Notes: generated by a model from the letters alone, not told the origin. A DNA stretch of 64,000 nucleotides from Candidatus Aminicenantes bacterium (GCA_016933515.1 JAFGAV010000113.1:19023-83022), one strand, 5' to 3'; counted from the stretch's first letter, positions 18,597-30,452 are shown. Numbers and translations: made by a program.

Positions 18597-20042
18597 ATGG
18601 AAGACCACGGCCAGACGGCCCCCGCCCCGCGCGGGAAAAAAACGCCCTTCGGCGTGGCTCTCCTTCCCCTGATCTTCATGGCCGTCCTTCTCGGCGTGGG
18701 CTACGGCGTCTACAAAATCAAGCCCCAGGTCCTGCTCGTCACGGCGGCTTTTTTCACGGGCGCCATCGGCTTTCTCCTCGGCTTCACCTGGCGGGAGATG
18801 CAGCAGGGCATCGTGGACAGCATCCATAAGGCCATGCCCGCCATCCTCATCATGCTCTGCGTGGGCATCCTCATCGGCACCTGGATTTCGTGCGGCACGA
18901 TCCCTCTGGTCATCTACTACGGCCTGAAAATCATCTCCCCCCAATTTTTCCTCGTGACGGCCTGCGTGGTGTGCACTCTGACCGCCATGGCCACCGGCAC
19001 GTCCTGGGGGACGATCGGCACCCTGGGCGTGGCCTTCATGGGGATCGCCATGGGGCTGGGCATCCCCGCCGGCCCGGCGGCCGGGGCCGTGGTCGCCGGC
19101 GCCTACATGGGCGACAAGATGTCGCCCCTGTCCGACATTCCCAATCTGGCCACGGTCGTCTCGGGCGCGAACCTGTTCGATCACATCAAGCACATGATGA
19201 AATCCGGCCTGCCGGCCTGGCTCATCGGCCTGGGCGTGTACACGGTTGTCGGGTTGGGCTACGGGCAGGAACACGTCCGTTCCGAGACCGTCACCCTCAT
19301 CACCGACACGCTGCGCCGGAATTTCCTCGACCGGGGTCTCGGCTTGAACCTGTTGCTTCTGCTCCCGATGGCCATTGTCTTTTTCTTCGCCGTGGCCAAA
19401 AAGCCCACCATTCCCGGCATGCTCCTCTCCTCGGCCGCGGCCGCGGTCCTGGCGCTGGTCATTCAGAAGGAATCGCTGGTCGACGTGGCCGCCGCCGTCA
19501 ATTCCGGCTACAAGGCTTCGACCGGGGTCGATGTCGTGGACGGGCTCATCTCCCGGGGCGGATTGATGAGCATGATGGAAACACAGCTCGTGGCCTTCAC
19601 CGCCTTCAGCTTCGGCGGGATCATGCAGAGCACGGGAATGCTCCGGGTCATCCTGGACCGCATCGCCTCGTTCTGCCGCCGGGTGTGGAGCCTGGTCCTG
19701 ACCACGGTGGGGACGGCCGTCGTCTCCGCCCTAGTGACGGGCAGCTCCTACCTGTCGATGATCATCCCCGCCGAGCTCCTGGGCCCGATGTACCGGGAGA
19801 AGGGGCTGGCGGCCAAGAATCTCTCCCGGATCGTCGAGGAGAGCGGCGGAATCATCGTGCCCCTCATCCCGTGGAGCATGGCCGGGGTCTACATCACCGG
19901 CACGATCGGCGTTCCGACGCTGTCCTATCTTCCGTGGGCCGTTCAGAATTACACCGCGGTCCTGATCCTCATCTTTTTCGGCGCCACGGGCCTGACGATG
20001 TCCCGCCGCCGGCGCGAGGACGAAACCCAGGCCGGGAGCTGA
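18597..20042 (+). CDS. nhaC: NhaC family transporter
   Basis: TGTSWGTIGTLG, GAYMGDKMSPLSD, PLIPW; polytopic membrane protein. Confidence 0.9.
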   Translation: MEDHGQTAPAPRGKKTPFGVALLPLIFMAVLLGVGYGVYKIKPQVLLVTAAFFTGAIGFLLGFTWREMQQGIVDSIHKAMPAILIMLCVGILIGTWISCGTIPLVIYYGLKIISPQFFLVTACVVCTLTAMATGTSWGTIGTLGVAFMGIAMGLGIPAGPAAGAVVAGAYMGDKMSPLSDIPNLATVVSGANLFDHIKHMMKSGLPAWLIGLGVYTVVGLGYGQEHVRSETVTLITDTLRRNFLDRGLGLNLLLLLPMAIVFFFAVAKKPTIPGMLLSSAAAAVLALVIQKESLVDVAAAVNSGYKASTGVDVVDGLISRGGLMSMMETQLVAFTAFSFGGIMQSTGMLRVILDRIASFCRRVWSLVLTTVGTAVVSALVTGSSYLSMIIPAELLGPMYREKGLAAKNLSRIVEESGGIIVPLIPWSMAGVYITGTIGVPTLSYLPWAVQNYTAVLILIFFGATGLTMSRRRREDETQAGS

Positions 20043-20053
20043 CGGCCGCCGAT

Positions 20054-20347
20054 CTAGGCTTTTTCTTCCTGCTCTTCTTCCTCGTTCGTCTTCCCGCTGC
20101 TCAGGGCCTGTTCGAATTTCTCGCGGGCCTTTTCGTGCTTCGATTTCTCGAGCTCGGCCGTGGCTTCGAACTTGCGCTCGAATCCCTCCCGCCGCTGTTT
20201 TTCCTTGCTGAGAAGATCGTCGAGCGAAGACTTCTCCCGGCCGGCCCCTTTTTCCGACCCGACCACGCTTCGGGAGACGGCATCGATCCACAGAGCCGCG
20301 CGGCAATGGGGGCAACGGACCTCGAAGACGTGCTTCTCGTCGTCCAT
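20054..20347 (-). CDS. Small hypothetical protein with N-terminal CxxC and charged coiled coil
   Basis: MDDEKHVFEVRCPHCRAALWID...; TGA-TAAAGT -10 box 7 nt upstream of ATG 20347. Confidence 0.75.
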   Translation of the reverse strand: MDDEKHVFEVRCPHCRAALWIDAVSRSVVGSEKGAGREKSSLDDLLSKEKQRREGFERKFEATAELEKSKHEKAREKFEQALSSGKTNEEEEQEEKA

Positions 20348-20489
20348 AAAGTTCACTTTATCAGAAAAAAGCGGCTTTGGACAGGAGCGACTCCGCCGCT
20401 TTTCCCCGCCTTCTGAATGAAGAACCCGTTGGTTCTTCGAGCGGGAGCGGGAGCGGGATACCGGCGGCAAACTGATGCTCCGTCGCCGT

Positions 20490-21473
20490 TCACGTCAGGT
20501 TGTGCCGGCGGAGGAGCTTGAACAGTCCCTGCCGGCTCAATCCGATGCCCCAGGCCGTTTTCGTCTTGTTGAAGCCGTATCGGCTCAACGCCTGCCGCAA
20601 AAAACGCTTCTCGAATCCCGCGCGGGCGGTGAAATAGTTGAAACCGTCCGGCTCTCCGTTCTTGGACATCCGGAGGATTCTCTCCGAAAGCCACTCCTGG
20701 CCGATGGGATCCCCGGGAGAGGAAAGCGCTAGGCAGCGCTGCACTTCGTTGTGCAGCTCCCGGACGTTTCCCGGCCATTGATAGAGAACGAGCTTGGAGG
20801 CGGCCTCCGGGGAAAGAGAGGCCGGCGGGCGGCCTAAAGCCCGGCATCCCAATTCGAAAAAATATTCAAGGAGAGGGAACAGGTCTTCGGGGCGTTTTCT
20901 CAACGGGGGGATGTCGATCGTCACCACGGCCAGACGATAATAGAGATCTTCGCGGAACCGGCCCTCGGCGATCTCCGCGGCCAGGTCCCTGTGGGTGGCG
21001 CTCAGGAAGCGGACATCCGCCCTTCGCGTCCGGTTCTCCCCCACCCGGCGGAATTCCCTCTCCTGAACGAGCCGCAGCAGCTTGGCCTGGAGCGCCGGGG
21101 AAAGGTCTCCGGCCTCGTCCAGGAAAAATGTCCCGCCCTCGGCTTCCTCGACCAGGCCCGGCCGCTCCCTGAGAGCGCCGGTGAACGCGCCGCGGCCGTG
21201 GCCGAAGAGCTCGCTCTCGAGGAGGGTCTCGGGGATCGCCCCGCAATTGACGGCCACGAACGGCCTATCGGCCCTCCGCCCGAGATCATGAACGGCCCGG
21301 GCGATAAGCTCCTTGCCCGTCCCGCTCTCCCCGAGGATGAGGACCGGCACGTCGCTCGCCGCCACGCGCCGGACGAGAGCGCGGACGCGCCGCATGTCCG
21401 GGCTGCGGCCGACGATCCGCGCTTCGAGGTCGATCCCGCCGCGCCCCGGGATCCGGCCGGCTTCGTCCTTCAT
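20490..21473 (-). CDS. Sigma54 enhancer-binding protein (AAA+ and Fis HTH) lacking an N-terminal sensory domain
   Basis: [43 protein letters not shown]-terminal HTH. Start uncertain. Confidence 0.9.
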   Translation of the reverse strand: MKDEAGRIPGRGGIDLEARIVGRSPDMRRVRALVRRVAASDVPVLILGESGTGKELIARAVHDLGRRADRPFVAVNCGAIPETLLESELFGHGRGAFTGALRERPGLVEEAEGGTFFLDEAGDLSPALQAKLLRLVQEREFRRVGENRTRRADVRFLSATHRDLAAEIAEGRFREDLYYRLAVVTIDIPPLRKRPEDLFPLLEYFFELGCRALGRPPASLSPEAASKLVLYQWPGNVRELHNEVQRCLALSSPGDPIGQEWLSERILRMSKNGEPDGFNYFTARAGFEKRFLRQALSRYGFNKTKTAWGIGLSRQGLFKLLRRHNLT

Positions 21474-21629
21474 TCCTTCCATCGGGCTTTTCCTTCCCCG
21501 CACTCTCCTTGCTTTCTCCGGCGCCTGGCGGCCGAGTCTCTTTGCTATGGGATAACGCTCCGCCGGCCTCATCTGTCTCAGGTCGAAATCATTCTTCCGG
21601 CCGCCGATTCGAACGAGGCGCTCTGTTTC

Positions 21630-21659
21630 TTGCCACTGTCACAACTTTTCTGCTAGAGT
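21630..21659 (+). promoter_or_regulatory. Putative sigma70 promoter
   Basis: TTGCCA-18-TAGAGT with extended -10 TG. Confidence 0.6.
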
Positions 21660-21694
21660 GAAGGCCTCTCGGAAGCATCCGGAAGGGGGCAACC

Positions 21695-22501
21695 ATGAAC
21701 AAGCGGGCGAAGATCTTTCCCAGCCTTTGTGTCTTCATGCTGCTCTGGGCGTGGGCCGGTCCGGGACCGCTTCGGCCGGCGGCTAAAACCTACTGGCATT
21801 TCACCCTTCTGGCCAACATCAACGGCACCGCCGCCCAGGAATGGCTGTGGGCCACGATGGTCGAATTGTCCAAAGAGACGGCGTTCCCCGATGAGGCGCT
21901 CCTGGCCGAGGGGATGGGCGGCAAGCTCGAAGGCACGATCTTCGGTCAGGTCCGCGCCGCGGCCTGGAGATCGGAATACACTTACTCCTTCGACACCAAG
22001 TGCAAGGGCCGCAAGTCCAAAAAAGAGATTGCCTACAGCCAAAGCCGGAGCGATTCCGTTTTCGTCCACGGTCAGATCGTCAGGCCGCGCGATCCCGCCC
22101 ACGACATGGAATTCCGCTGGGGGGTGTGCAATCACCGGGTCTTGACGGAGGACGGCCGCTGGCGGGAGCTCGAAGACATGGCCCATGTTTTCGTCGGGCC
22201 GATCCGTGTCGAGGGCCGGGAGGCGGAGGAAATGCGCGGCGAGTTCGGAATCGACGGAGTCATTTATGACGACCAAACCCGCCGCGTCAAGCGGTGCGGC
22301 GACTCCTGGATCGAGGACTTCGATTCGGTGTTCAAGCATTTCGAGAGTCATTCCCTGAGGGACAGTTTCGAGCCCGGCGCGCGAGACGTGTTCGGCCAGC
22401 GTTTTTGGAAATTTCACGGACTCGATGTCCAATGCGTCTATTCGGTCATTCGCTCCCCGGAGCGCGCACACCCGTTTTGGAAGCAGCGGCGGATGCGCTG
22501 A
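21695..22501 (+). CDS. Hypothetical exported protein
   Basis: Signal-peptide-like N-terminus, genome-like codon usage, no recognised motif. Confidence 0.75.
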   Translation: MNKRAKIFPSLCVFMLLWAWAGPGPLRPAAKTYWHFTLLANINGTAAQEWLWATMVELSKETAFPDEALLAEGMGGKLEGTIFGQVRAAAWRSEYTYSFDTKCKGRKSKKEIAYSQSRSDSVFVHGQIVRPRDPAHDMEFRWGVCNHRVLTEDGRWRELEDMAHVFVGPIRVEGREAEEMRGEFGIDGVIYDDQTRRVKRCGDSWIEDFDSVFKHFESHSLRDSFEPGARDVFGQRFWKFHGLDVQCVYSVIRSPERAHPFWKQRRMR

Positions 22502-22558
22502 CCGCGCCGCATTCCTTCCCAAGGCGACGCAATCCCTTCAAAGACGACGAGAGCATCC

Positions 22559-24658
<2,100 letters not shown>

Positions 24659-24800
24659 GTCTTTTGATGTTGCCGAGGAAGACCGGCCGGGAAGGAGAGG
24701 ACAAATCAGCGGTTATGGGGAAACAATCCGGATCTTCATGTCAAGGGCCCGCGCCGGCCGCGGAAACGAGGCGAAGCGGCCTGATGGCCCCTATTCAGAT

Positions 24801-25079
24801 GGCTCTATGACAAATTGTGTGGTGAATTTTTAAACTGAGAGCCAAGGGTCTGGGGGAGGGTTGAGGCGCCATAAGCGGTTTAGCCCGGAATCGACGGGTT
24901 TCGAAGGGTTCTGGCCTATTCTTGCCGGCCGGCTGAGCACATCTCGCGTCAGCGAGCGTATCGCGAAGCCGACTGAGAAACCCGGAGATTCCGCGGCGTG
25001 AAAAACCGCGGCCGGGCGCCGAAGCCCTCCCCCAGGCCCAAGGCTAACCCTAAAGGACCACACAATACATCATGGAGCC
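24801..25079 (+). mobile_element. 279-bp long variant of the MITE, copy 2, with nested hairpin
   Basis: TIRs GGCTCTATGACAAATTGTGTGGT / ACCACACAATACATCATGGAGCC; flanks TATTCAGAT / GATTCGGAT (7/9 TSD). Confidence 0.88.
24846..25039 (+). repeat. 194-bp rod-like hairpin nested in MITE copy 2
   Basis: Arms GGGTCTGGGGGAGGG / CCCTCCCCCAGGCCC; junctions carry a CCAAGG direct repeat; several inner stems. Confidence 0.75.
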
Positions 25080-25088
25080 GATTCGGAT

Positions 25089-25117
25089 TTGACATCAACG
25101 GGGAAGTCCATTACATT
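25089..25117 (+). promoter_or_regulatory. sigma70 promoter of cytochrome operon; abuts TSD of MITE copy 2
   Basis: TTGACA-17-TACATT. Confidence 0.85.
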
Positions 25118-25176
25118 AGGCGGTAATTCCCCATGAACACTCTCGCATCCGGGAGCCGCCTCGAAACGGAGGAGTC

Positions 25177-26541
25177 ATGAAAAAGGCCTGGCCCTTGATC
25201 GCCCTCGCAGCCGTTCCCTTTGTCCTGCTCCTGGCGGCCCAATCCGAACAGGCCGTCAAAGCCGGCGACGAAGCGTTGGGCACCCGGAGATACGAGGATT
25301 ACGACACGCCCCGGTTCTGCGGCACCGCCTGTCACACGGACATCTTCCAGCAGTGGACCCAATCCATGATGTCTCAGGCCTACACTCATCACTGGGACGA
25401 AATCGAATATTTCCGGCTGGCCGTGCCGCATGCCGAAAAGGATCCGGCCATGGCCCAAGCCCAGGAGGGGTGCAACGGCTGTCACGCTCCGATCGCTTTT
25501 CTGGCGGGCGACGTCCCGCCCCCTCGTCCGGAGAAGAACAGCCGGGCCAATGAGTCGGTCTCGTGCGATCTGTGTCACACCGTGACCGGCTTTTCGGGCG
25601 ACGTTCCCTTCAACTTCAATTGGATCTCGGTCCCCGGGAAAACCAAATACGGACCTCGGGGCGGGGGCGATTCCCCGGAGCACAATCTCCAGCAGTCCGC
25701 ATTTCTGGCGTCGAGCGAGTTCTGCGGAACATGCCACAACGAAAAAAGCCCCTTCGGGGCCTGGGTCAAGGCCACCCAACTGGAATTCCAGGAGGGACCT
25801 TACGCGCGGGAAGGCTTCCGATGTCACGATTGTCACATGACCTATGCCCCGGGCCGGTCGGCCGCCATGGGCAACACCTACCCCGACGTCCGCCAGCATT
25901 TGTTCCACGGAGCCCACGACCCGGGTAAAGTCAGAGGCACGGTCGAACTCCGCATCCATCCCGACATCCGCGAGGCGGAGCCGGGAGAAACCGTCAAATT
26001 CACCATCGTTCTCTTCAATCAGAAAACCGGGCACAAATTTCCCACCGGGTCCGTCGAAGACCGCATTGTCTGGATGCACGTCGAGGCCCAGGACTCAAAA
26101 GGACAGGTCCACCATTTGCCCGTCGACAAAAAGGGTTTTCCCGGCGAGGACACGACGATCGCCGGCGAGGCCCTGGCCTACCAGGACATGGGAATCCCTC
26201 TCGGCAAGCCGGATTTCCCCGGAGTCGCCCGGGACGGCGTTCCCGCCGGCGACCGCATTTTCCGCATGGCCTATTTCGACCCGCAGGGGCGCATGACGAT
26301 CCAGCAATGGAACACCAAATCCTTCGGCGTGGATTACCGCTTCGGCCCCCGGGAATCCAAGATTGAAACCTGCACCTTTTCTCTGCCCGCCTCGCTCCCC
26401 CCCGGCCCCCTGACCGTCACCGCCGCCCTGTATTATCAAAAACTGATCAAATCCATCGCCGATTTATTGAACGTCCCGGCCGAAGAGGCCGAGCCTCTCA
26501 AAGTCAACGAACATTCCACAACCGTCATGATCCTCGACTAA
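25177..26541 (+). CDS. Periplasmic multiheme cytochrome c (c554-like)
   Basis: Signal peptide; CNGCH, CDLCH, CGTCH, CHDCH plus non-canonical CGTACH; GHKFPTG. Confidence 0.9.
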   Translation: MKKAWPLIALAAVPFVLLLAAQSEQAVKAGDEALGTRRYEDYDTPRFCGTACHTDIFQQWTQSMMSQAYTHHWDEIEYFRLAVPHAEKDPAMAQAQEGCNGCHAPIAFLAGDVPPPRPEKNSRANESVSCDLCHTVTGFSGDVPFNFNWISVPGKTKYGPRGGGDSPEHNLQQSAFLASSEFCGTCHNEKSPFGAWVKATQLEFQEGPYAREGFRCHDCHMTYAPGRSAAMGNTYPDVRQHLFHGAHDPGKVRGTVELRIHPDIREAEPGETVKFTIVLFNQKTGHKFPTGSVEDRIVWMHVEAQDSKGQVHHLPVDKKGFPGEDTTIAGEALAYQDMGIPLGKPDFPGVARDGVPAGDRIFRMAYFDPQGRMTIQQWNTKSFGVDYRFGPRESKIETCTFSLPASLPPGPLTVTAALYYQKLIKSIADLLNVPAEEAEPLKVNEHSTTVMILD

Positions 26542-26551
26542 AGGAATGCCG

Positions 26552-27724
26552 ATGAAAAAAACGCTCCTGACGGTCTTCCTGGGGTTCCTTGTCCTTACGG
26601 CCACGGCGGCTTCCGTGTCCGGCATGCCGGCTTTCGGCCGCCGGTACAGCCTGTCCTGCAAGACCTGCCATGCGCCGTTCCCCCGCCTTCTGGCCTACGG
26701 GGAGGAGTTCGCCGGGGACGGCTTCGTCATCAAGGACAAGGACTCCCCGCGGTACTTCCAGGACACGGGCGACGACCTCCTGTCCCTGATCCGCAACATC
26801 CCCGTCGCCCTCCGCTTCGACGGATTCACGGCCTTCAACAACGCCGCTACGGGGCGGTTCGATTTCAACACTCCTTATGTCCTCAAGCTCCTGTCCGGCG
26901 GCGAGCTCTTCAAAAACGTGTCGTATTATTTCTATTTCTTTTTCAGCGAGCGAGGCGAAGTGGCGGGCATCGAAGACGCCTTCATCATGTTCAACAACCT
27001 TCTGGGAACAGGCCTGGCCCTCACCATGGGACAGTTCCAGATTTCCGACCCGATGTTCAAAAGGGAGCTCCGCCTGACCCTGGAAGACTACCAGGTCTAT
27101 CGCGCCCGGCCCGGGCTGTCGGGCATCAACCTGACCTACGACCGGGGCCTGATGCTCACCTTCGGCCTCCCGACCGGGACGGACGTCACGGCGGAGATCC
27201 TGAACGGCGCAGGAATCGGTCCGGCCGACGACGACAGGAATTTCGACAACGACGCCTTCAAGAATTTCGCCTTTCACCTCTCGCAGGGTGTGGGAGACAA
27301 GATCGGCCTGGGCGCGTTCGGTTTCCTGGGCAAGGAACGGCTCGGGGATTTCCGGAACAGCGTGTGGATGTTCGGCCTCGACGCCACCGTCGCCAGCCCT
27401 CCTTTCGAGTTCAACTTCCAGTATCTTGAGCGCCGCGACAACGATCCGTTTTTCGTCGGGGCCGTCGACGACAGCCTGTCCACCCGCGGCGCTTTGGCCG
27501 AGATCATCTATCTGCCCCGCGGCGACGACTCGCGCTGGTACGGGGTGGGCCTGGTCAACTGGATCGTCTCCGACGCTCCCGGCCTGGACGTCTTTTCCTT
27601 CACCTTCGGAGGGGGCCATCTCCTGCGGCGCAACATGCGGCTCGTCGCCGAGGTCACGTATTACGACCAAAGCCCCTGGGGGCGCTATTTCCGGGTGGCC
27701 TCCGGCTTGGTGACCGCTTTTTAG
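26552..27724 (+). CDS. Cyc2-like monoheme cytochrome c fused to outer-membrane beta-barrel porin
   Basis: Signal peptide, then MPAFGRRYSLSCKTCHAPFPRL; amphipathic beta strands; C-terminal Phe. Confidence 0.8.
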   Translation: MKKTLLTVFLGFLVLTATAASVSGMPAFGRRYSLSCKTCHAPFPRLLAYGEEFAGDGFVIKDKDSPRYFQDTGDDLLSLIRNIPVALRFDGFTAFNNAATGRFDFNTPYVLKLLSGGELFKNVSYYFYFFFSERGEVAGIEDAFIMFNNLLGTGLALTMGQFQISDPMFKRELRLTLEDYQVYRARPGLSGINLTYDRGLMLTFGLPTGTDVTAEILNGAGIGPADDDRNFDNDAFKNFAFHLSQGVGDKIGLGAFGFLGKERLGDFRNSVWMFGLDATVASPPFEFNFQYLERRDNDPFFVGAVDDSLSTRGALAEIIYLPRGDDSRWYGVGLVNWIVSDAPGLDVFSFTFGGGHLLRRNMRLVAEVTYYDQSPWGRYFRVASGLVTAF

Positions 27725-29835
27725 CCGGCCGAGGTTTTGAGCGTCCGAATGCGGCGGGAGACGTTCCGATACTGGGGGTTCCAGCTCTTGACTTCGGAGA
27801 ACATGCCGAGGGCTTTGTCTTTCTGCTCCATCTCTTCGAACAGGGCGCCCAGTTCATATTTGAGCACATAGGATTTCCGGGAGCCTTCCTTGACTTGGCC
27901 TAAGGCCTTGTTGATCCATTCCAGGGCCTGGACATAGTCCTTCCGGGCCCGGTAGCAGAGGCTGATGAGGTTGTAGCAGTCGGCTCGGCGCTTTTCGTCC
28001 TCGGCGGCCAGCTTGAATTCCTCGGCCGCCTCCTCGTAGAGATCCTGCTCGTAGAAGGCCATGCCCAGGCTGTAGCGCACCTCCAGGTTGGACGGTTTGA
28101 ACTTTTGCTCCACGTCCTTCCGGAAATCGCTGATGATGTCCGACAACTCGTTCTCCACGAGGGCCGTCGCCTTCTTCTGCTGTTGGTAGGTCGCGGCCTC
28201 GATGAGAGCCAGTTCCTCGACGATGATGTCGGCCAGATCCGGGAAGAGGCCCTCGTCAAAAGCCATGGGCCGGGACAGGCTTTCGAGGCCGTCGAACACA
28301 TCCACGGAACTGACCTGTTCCTTGACGCTCAGATCGGGCATGGGCCGGGCTTCGGATTTTCGGGACCGCCCCGCTTTCTGCTCCAGGACGGCGGCCTTCT
28401 CCACCAGGCGCGGAATGGCCTCCCTGGACGCCGGTCCGGCGACGCTTTTCAGAGATTCGAGCCGATTCCGGACCCCCCGGTCTTCCGGATAGAGAAGCAG
28501 AAGGTTTTCCAGAATCCGTTTGGCGTTCAGGGCCAAGCCCTGCTGAAGATAGAGCTCGGCTTTGGACAAATTGATCCGGATCGTCTCCTTGTCCTTGGCC
28601 GTCAACCGCGCTCCGCCGTCCTGTTTGGCGCCCGCGGCCGACGGCAGATGTTGTTCTGCTCCGGATTGGGCGAATTCCCGAGCCAGGACCTGGTCGTCGG
28701 GACAAAGGTCAATGAGCTCCCTGAGCACGACGAGCGCTTTCTGGCGCATGCCCTTGAGGCGGTATTCCTGCAGGAGAATCCGCAGGGCCGCCTCGAGGTT
28801 CGCCTTTTGATTTCGGGATTTGAAAATGACCGAGAGCTTCTCCAGAGCGGGAAGGTAGGCCTCCTTCCCCATGACGAGCTGGCCCAAAAGTCCGATGGCC
28901 TTGTCTTCGCGATTTTTACTGAGCAGCGTGTTGACCAGGGGTTCGTAGAGGTCGTACCCCCTGTCGAGCTTGTTGAGCTGGATGAAGGCGTATCCCAACC
29001 GGACCCGGGTGTTGATGTCGTTGGGATTGTGATCGTACATGCGGGAGAAGATCTCCTCGGCTTTTCGAAATAGCTTTTCGTCGAGGTACAGCCCACCGAT
29101 CTGGGAGAGAAGATCCTGATTGTCGGGGTGATGGCGCAGGCTGTCTTCGGCCAGCACGATGGCTTCCGCACGGCGCCCGCGCCGCTTCATCAGCTCAACG
29201 TAATTGAGCGCCGTCCGAAGATGCCCTTTCTTCAGCTGGTTGGCCTGGCCGAGGATTTCCTCGGCCTCCTTCAGGTCCTGGCGGTCCAGCTTGATTTCGG
29301 CCGCCTCGTTGAGCATGTCCGCGGCCTCATCGATCGAGCCTTCCTTGATGTACAATTCCGCGAGGCGCCTTTTGACCCTGGCGTCCGCGCGGTCGAGCTT
29401 GGCCATTTTCTCCAGGACGAATATCAGTCCTTTGACGTGGCGCTCTTTCTCCAGCCGGTCGACGATCTTCTGAAAACCGTTTTTGGCCTCGGAAACGAAC
29501 CCCAGGAGGGCGTACAACTCGGCCAGCTTGATGGCCGTGGGAACGTCGTCGGGTTTGACCTTGCTGATTTTTCTGTAGCTGGCCAGGGATTGGGAGTACT
29601 GCCCTTTGGCTTCGTAGTGGCTGGCGATTTTCAGAAATTGCTCGATGCCCTTGCTCGGTTTGCCGAGCCGGACGTAAAGATCGCCGATGATGTTGGCCAG
29701 GTTGACGTCAAGGACGCCGTCTTCCTCGAGCCTTTCGTACTCCTTGACGGCCTCGCGCAATTTCCCCGCCCGGAAGAACTTCTCGGCGCCTTCCAGAATC
29801 GTCTGTCTCTCTTTTTTGGAAATCATTTTTTCCAC
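27721..29835 (-). CDS. Large tetratricopeptide-repeat protein
   Basis: Multiple TPR-like helical repeats, e.g. VRYSLGMAFYEQDLYEEAAEEF. Start may be ATG 29826. Confidence 0.85.
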   Translation of the reverse strand: MEKMISKKERQTILEGAEKFFRAGKLREAVKEYERLEEDGVLDVNLANIIGDLYVRLGKPSKGIEQFLKIASHYEAKGQYSQSLASYRKISKVKPDDVPTAIKLAELYALLGFVSEAKNGFQKIVDRLEKERHVKGLIFVLEKMAKLDRADARVKRRLAELYIKEGSIDEAADMLNEAAEIKLDRQDLKEAEEILGQANQLKKGHLRTALNYVELMKRRGRRAEAIVLAEDSLRHHPDNQDLLSQIGGLYLDEKLFRKAEEIFSRMYDHNPNDINTRVRLGYAFIQLNKLDRGYDLYEPLVNTLLSKNREDKAIGLLGQLVMGKEAYLPALEKLSVIFKSRNQKANLEAALRILLQEYRLKGMRQKALVVLRELIDLCPDDQVLAREFAQSGAEQHLPSAAGAKQDGGARLTAKDKETIRINLSKAELYLQQGLALNAKRILENLLLLYPEDRGVRNRLESLKSVAGPASREAIPRLVEKAAVLEQKAGRSRKSEARPMPDLSVKEQVSSVDVFDGLESLSRPMAFDEGLFPDLADIIVEELALIEAATYQQQKKATALVENELSDIISDFRKDVEQKFKPSNLEVRYSLGMAFYEQDLYEEAAEEFKLAAEDEKRRADCYNLISLCYRARKDYVQALEWINKALGQVKEGSRKSYVLKYELGALFEEMEQKDKALGMFSEVKSWNPQYRNVSRRIRTLKTSAG

Positions 29836-30452
29836 GCCCCGGGCTTCCCGCGGAAACTCGCCCGGTGGAGCGGCGTTCGGCCCTGCCGCTCCAGAACCCG
29901 GAAGTGTTCCCGCGTCCCGTACCCCTTGTGACGCGCCAACCCCAGTCCCTCGAAAAGGCGATCCAAGCTGTCCATCATTCCGTCGCGAAGCACCTTGGCC
30001 ACGATCGAAGCCGCGGCGATGGTCAGGCTCCGACGATCGCCCTGCTTCACTCGCTGCTGAAGATAATGTACTCCTTTCAGCTCGAAACCGTCAACCAAGA
30101 CCACATCGGGACGTCGCGACAGGGCGGCCACGGCCCTTTTCATGGCCGTGAGCGACGCCCGGTGGACGTTCAGCCCGTCCACCTCCCGGCTCGTCGCCGC
30201 TCCCAGCCCGACGGCCTGGGCCTCCCTGAGGATGAGTCGGCAGAGGATTCGCCTTTTGGCCGGACGAAGGGCCTTGGAATCGTCGACCTCCGAAAGCCAG
30301 GGCGGGAACATCCCCTCGATCCATTCGCGGGGAAACATCACGGCCGCCGCCACGACGGGACCGAAAAGAGAGCCTCGTCCGGCCTCGTCCACTCCGGCGA
30401 TTCCCTCGAAATGCCTCCGCGAATACTCGCGTTCGATCGAAAAATCAGGCAC
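29823..30452 (-). CDS. rnhB: Ribonuclease HII
   Basis: GVDEAGRG..GPVVAAAV, DDSK, VDG, IAAASIVAKV.RD, HKGYGT. Confidence 0.96.
   Translation of the reverse strand: MPDFSIEREYSRRHFEGIAGVDEAGRGSLFGPVVAAAVMFPREWIEGMFPPWLSEVDDSKALRPAKRRILCRLILREAQAVGLGAATSREVDGLNVHRASLTAMKRAVAALSRRPDVVLVDGFELKGVHYLQQRVKQGDRRSLTIAAASIVAKVLRDGMMDSLDRLFEGLGLARHKGYGTREHFRVLERQGRTPLHRASFRGKPGAWKK

Noticed and set aside
21525..21547. Possible sigma54 -24/-12 site (TGGCGG...TTTGC) near the enhancer-binding gene
   Set aside because: GG-to-GC spacing is 12 or 15 nt rather than the required 10.
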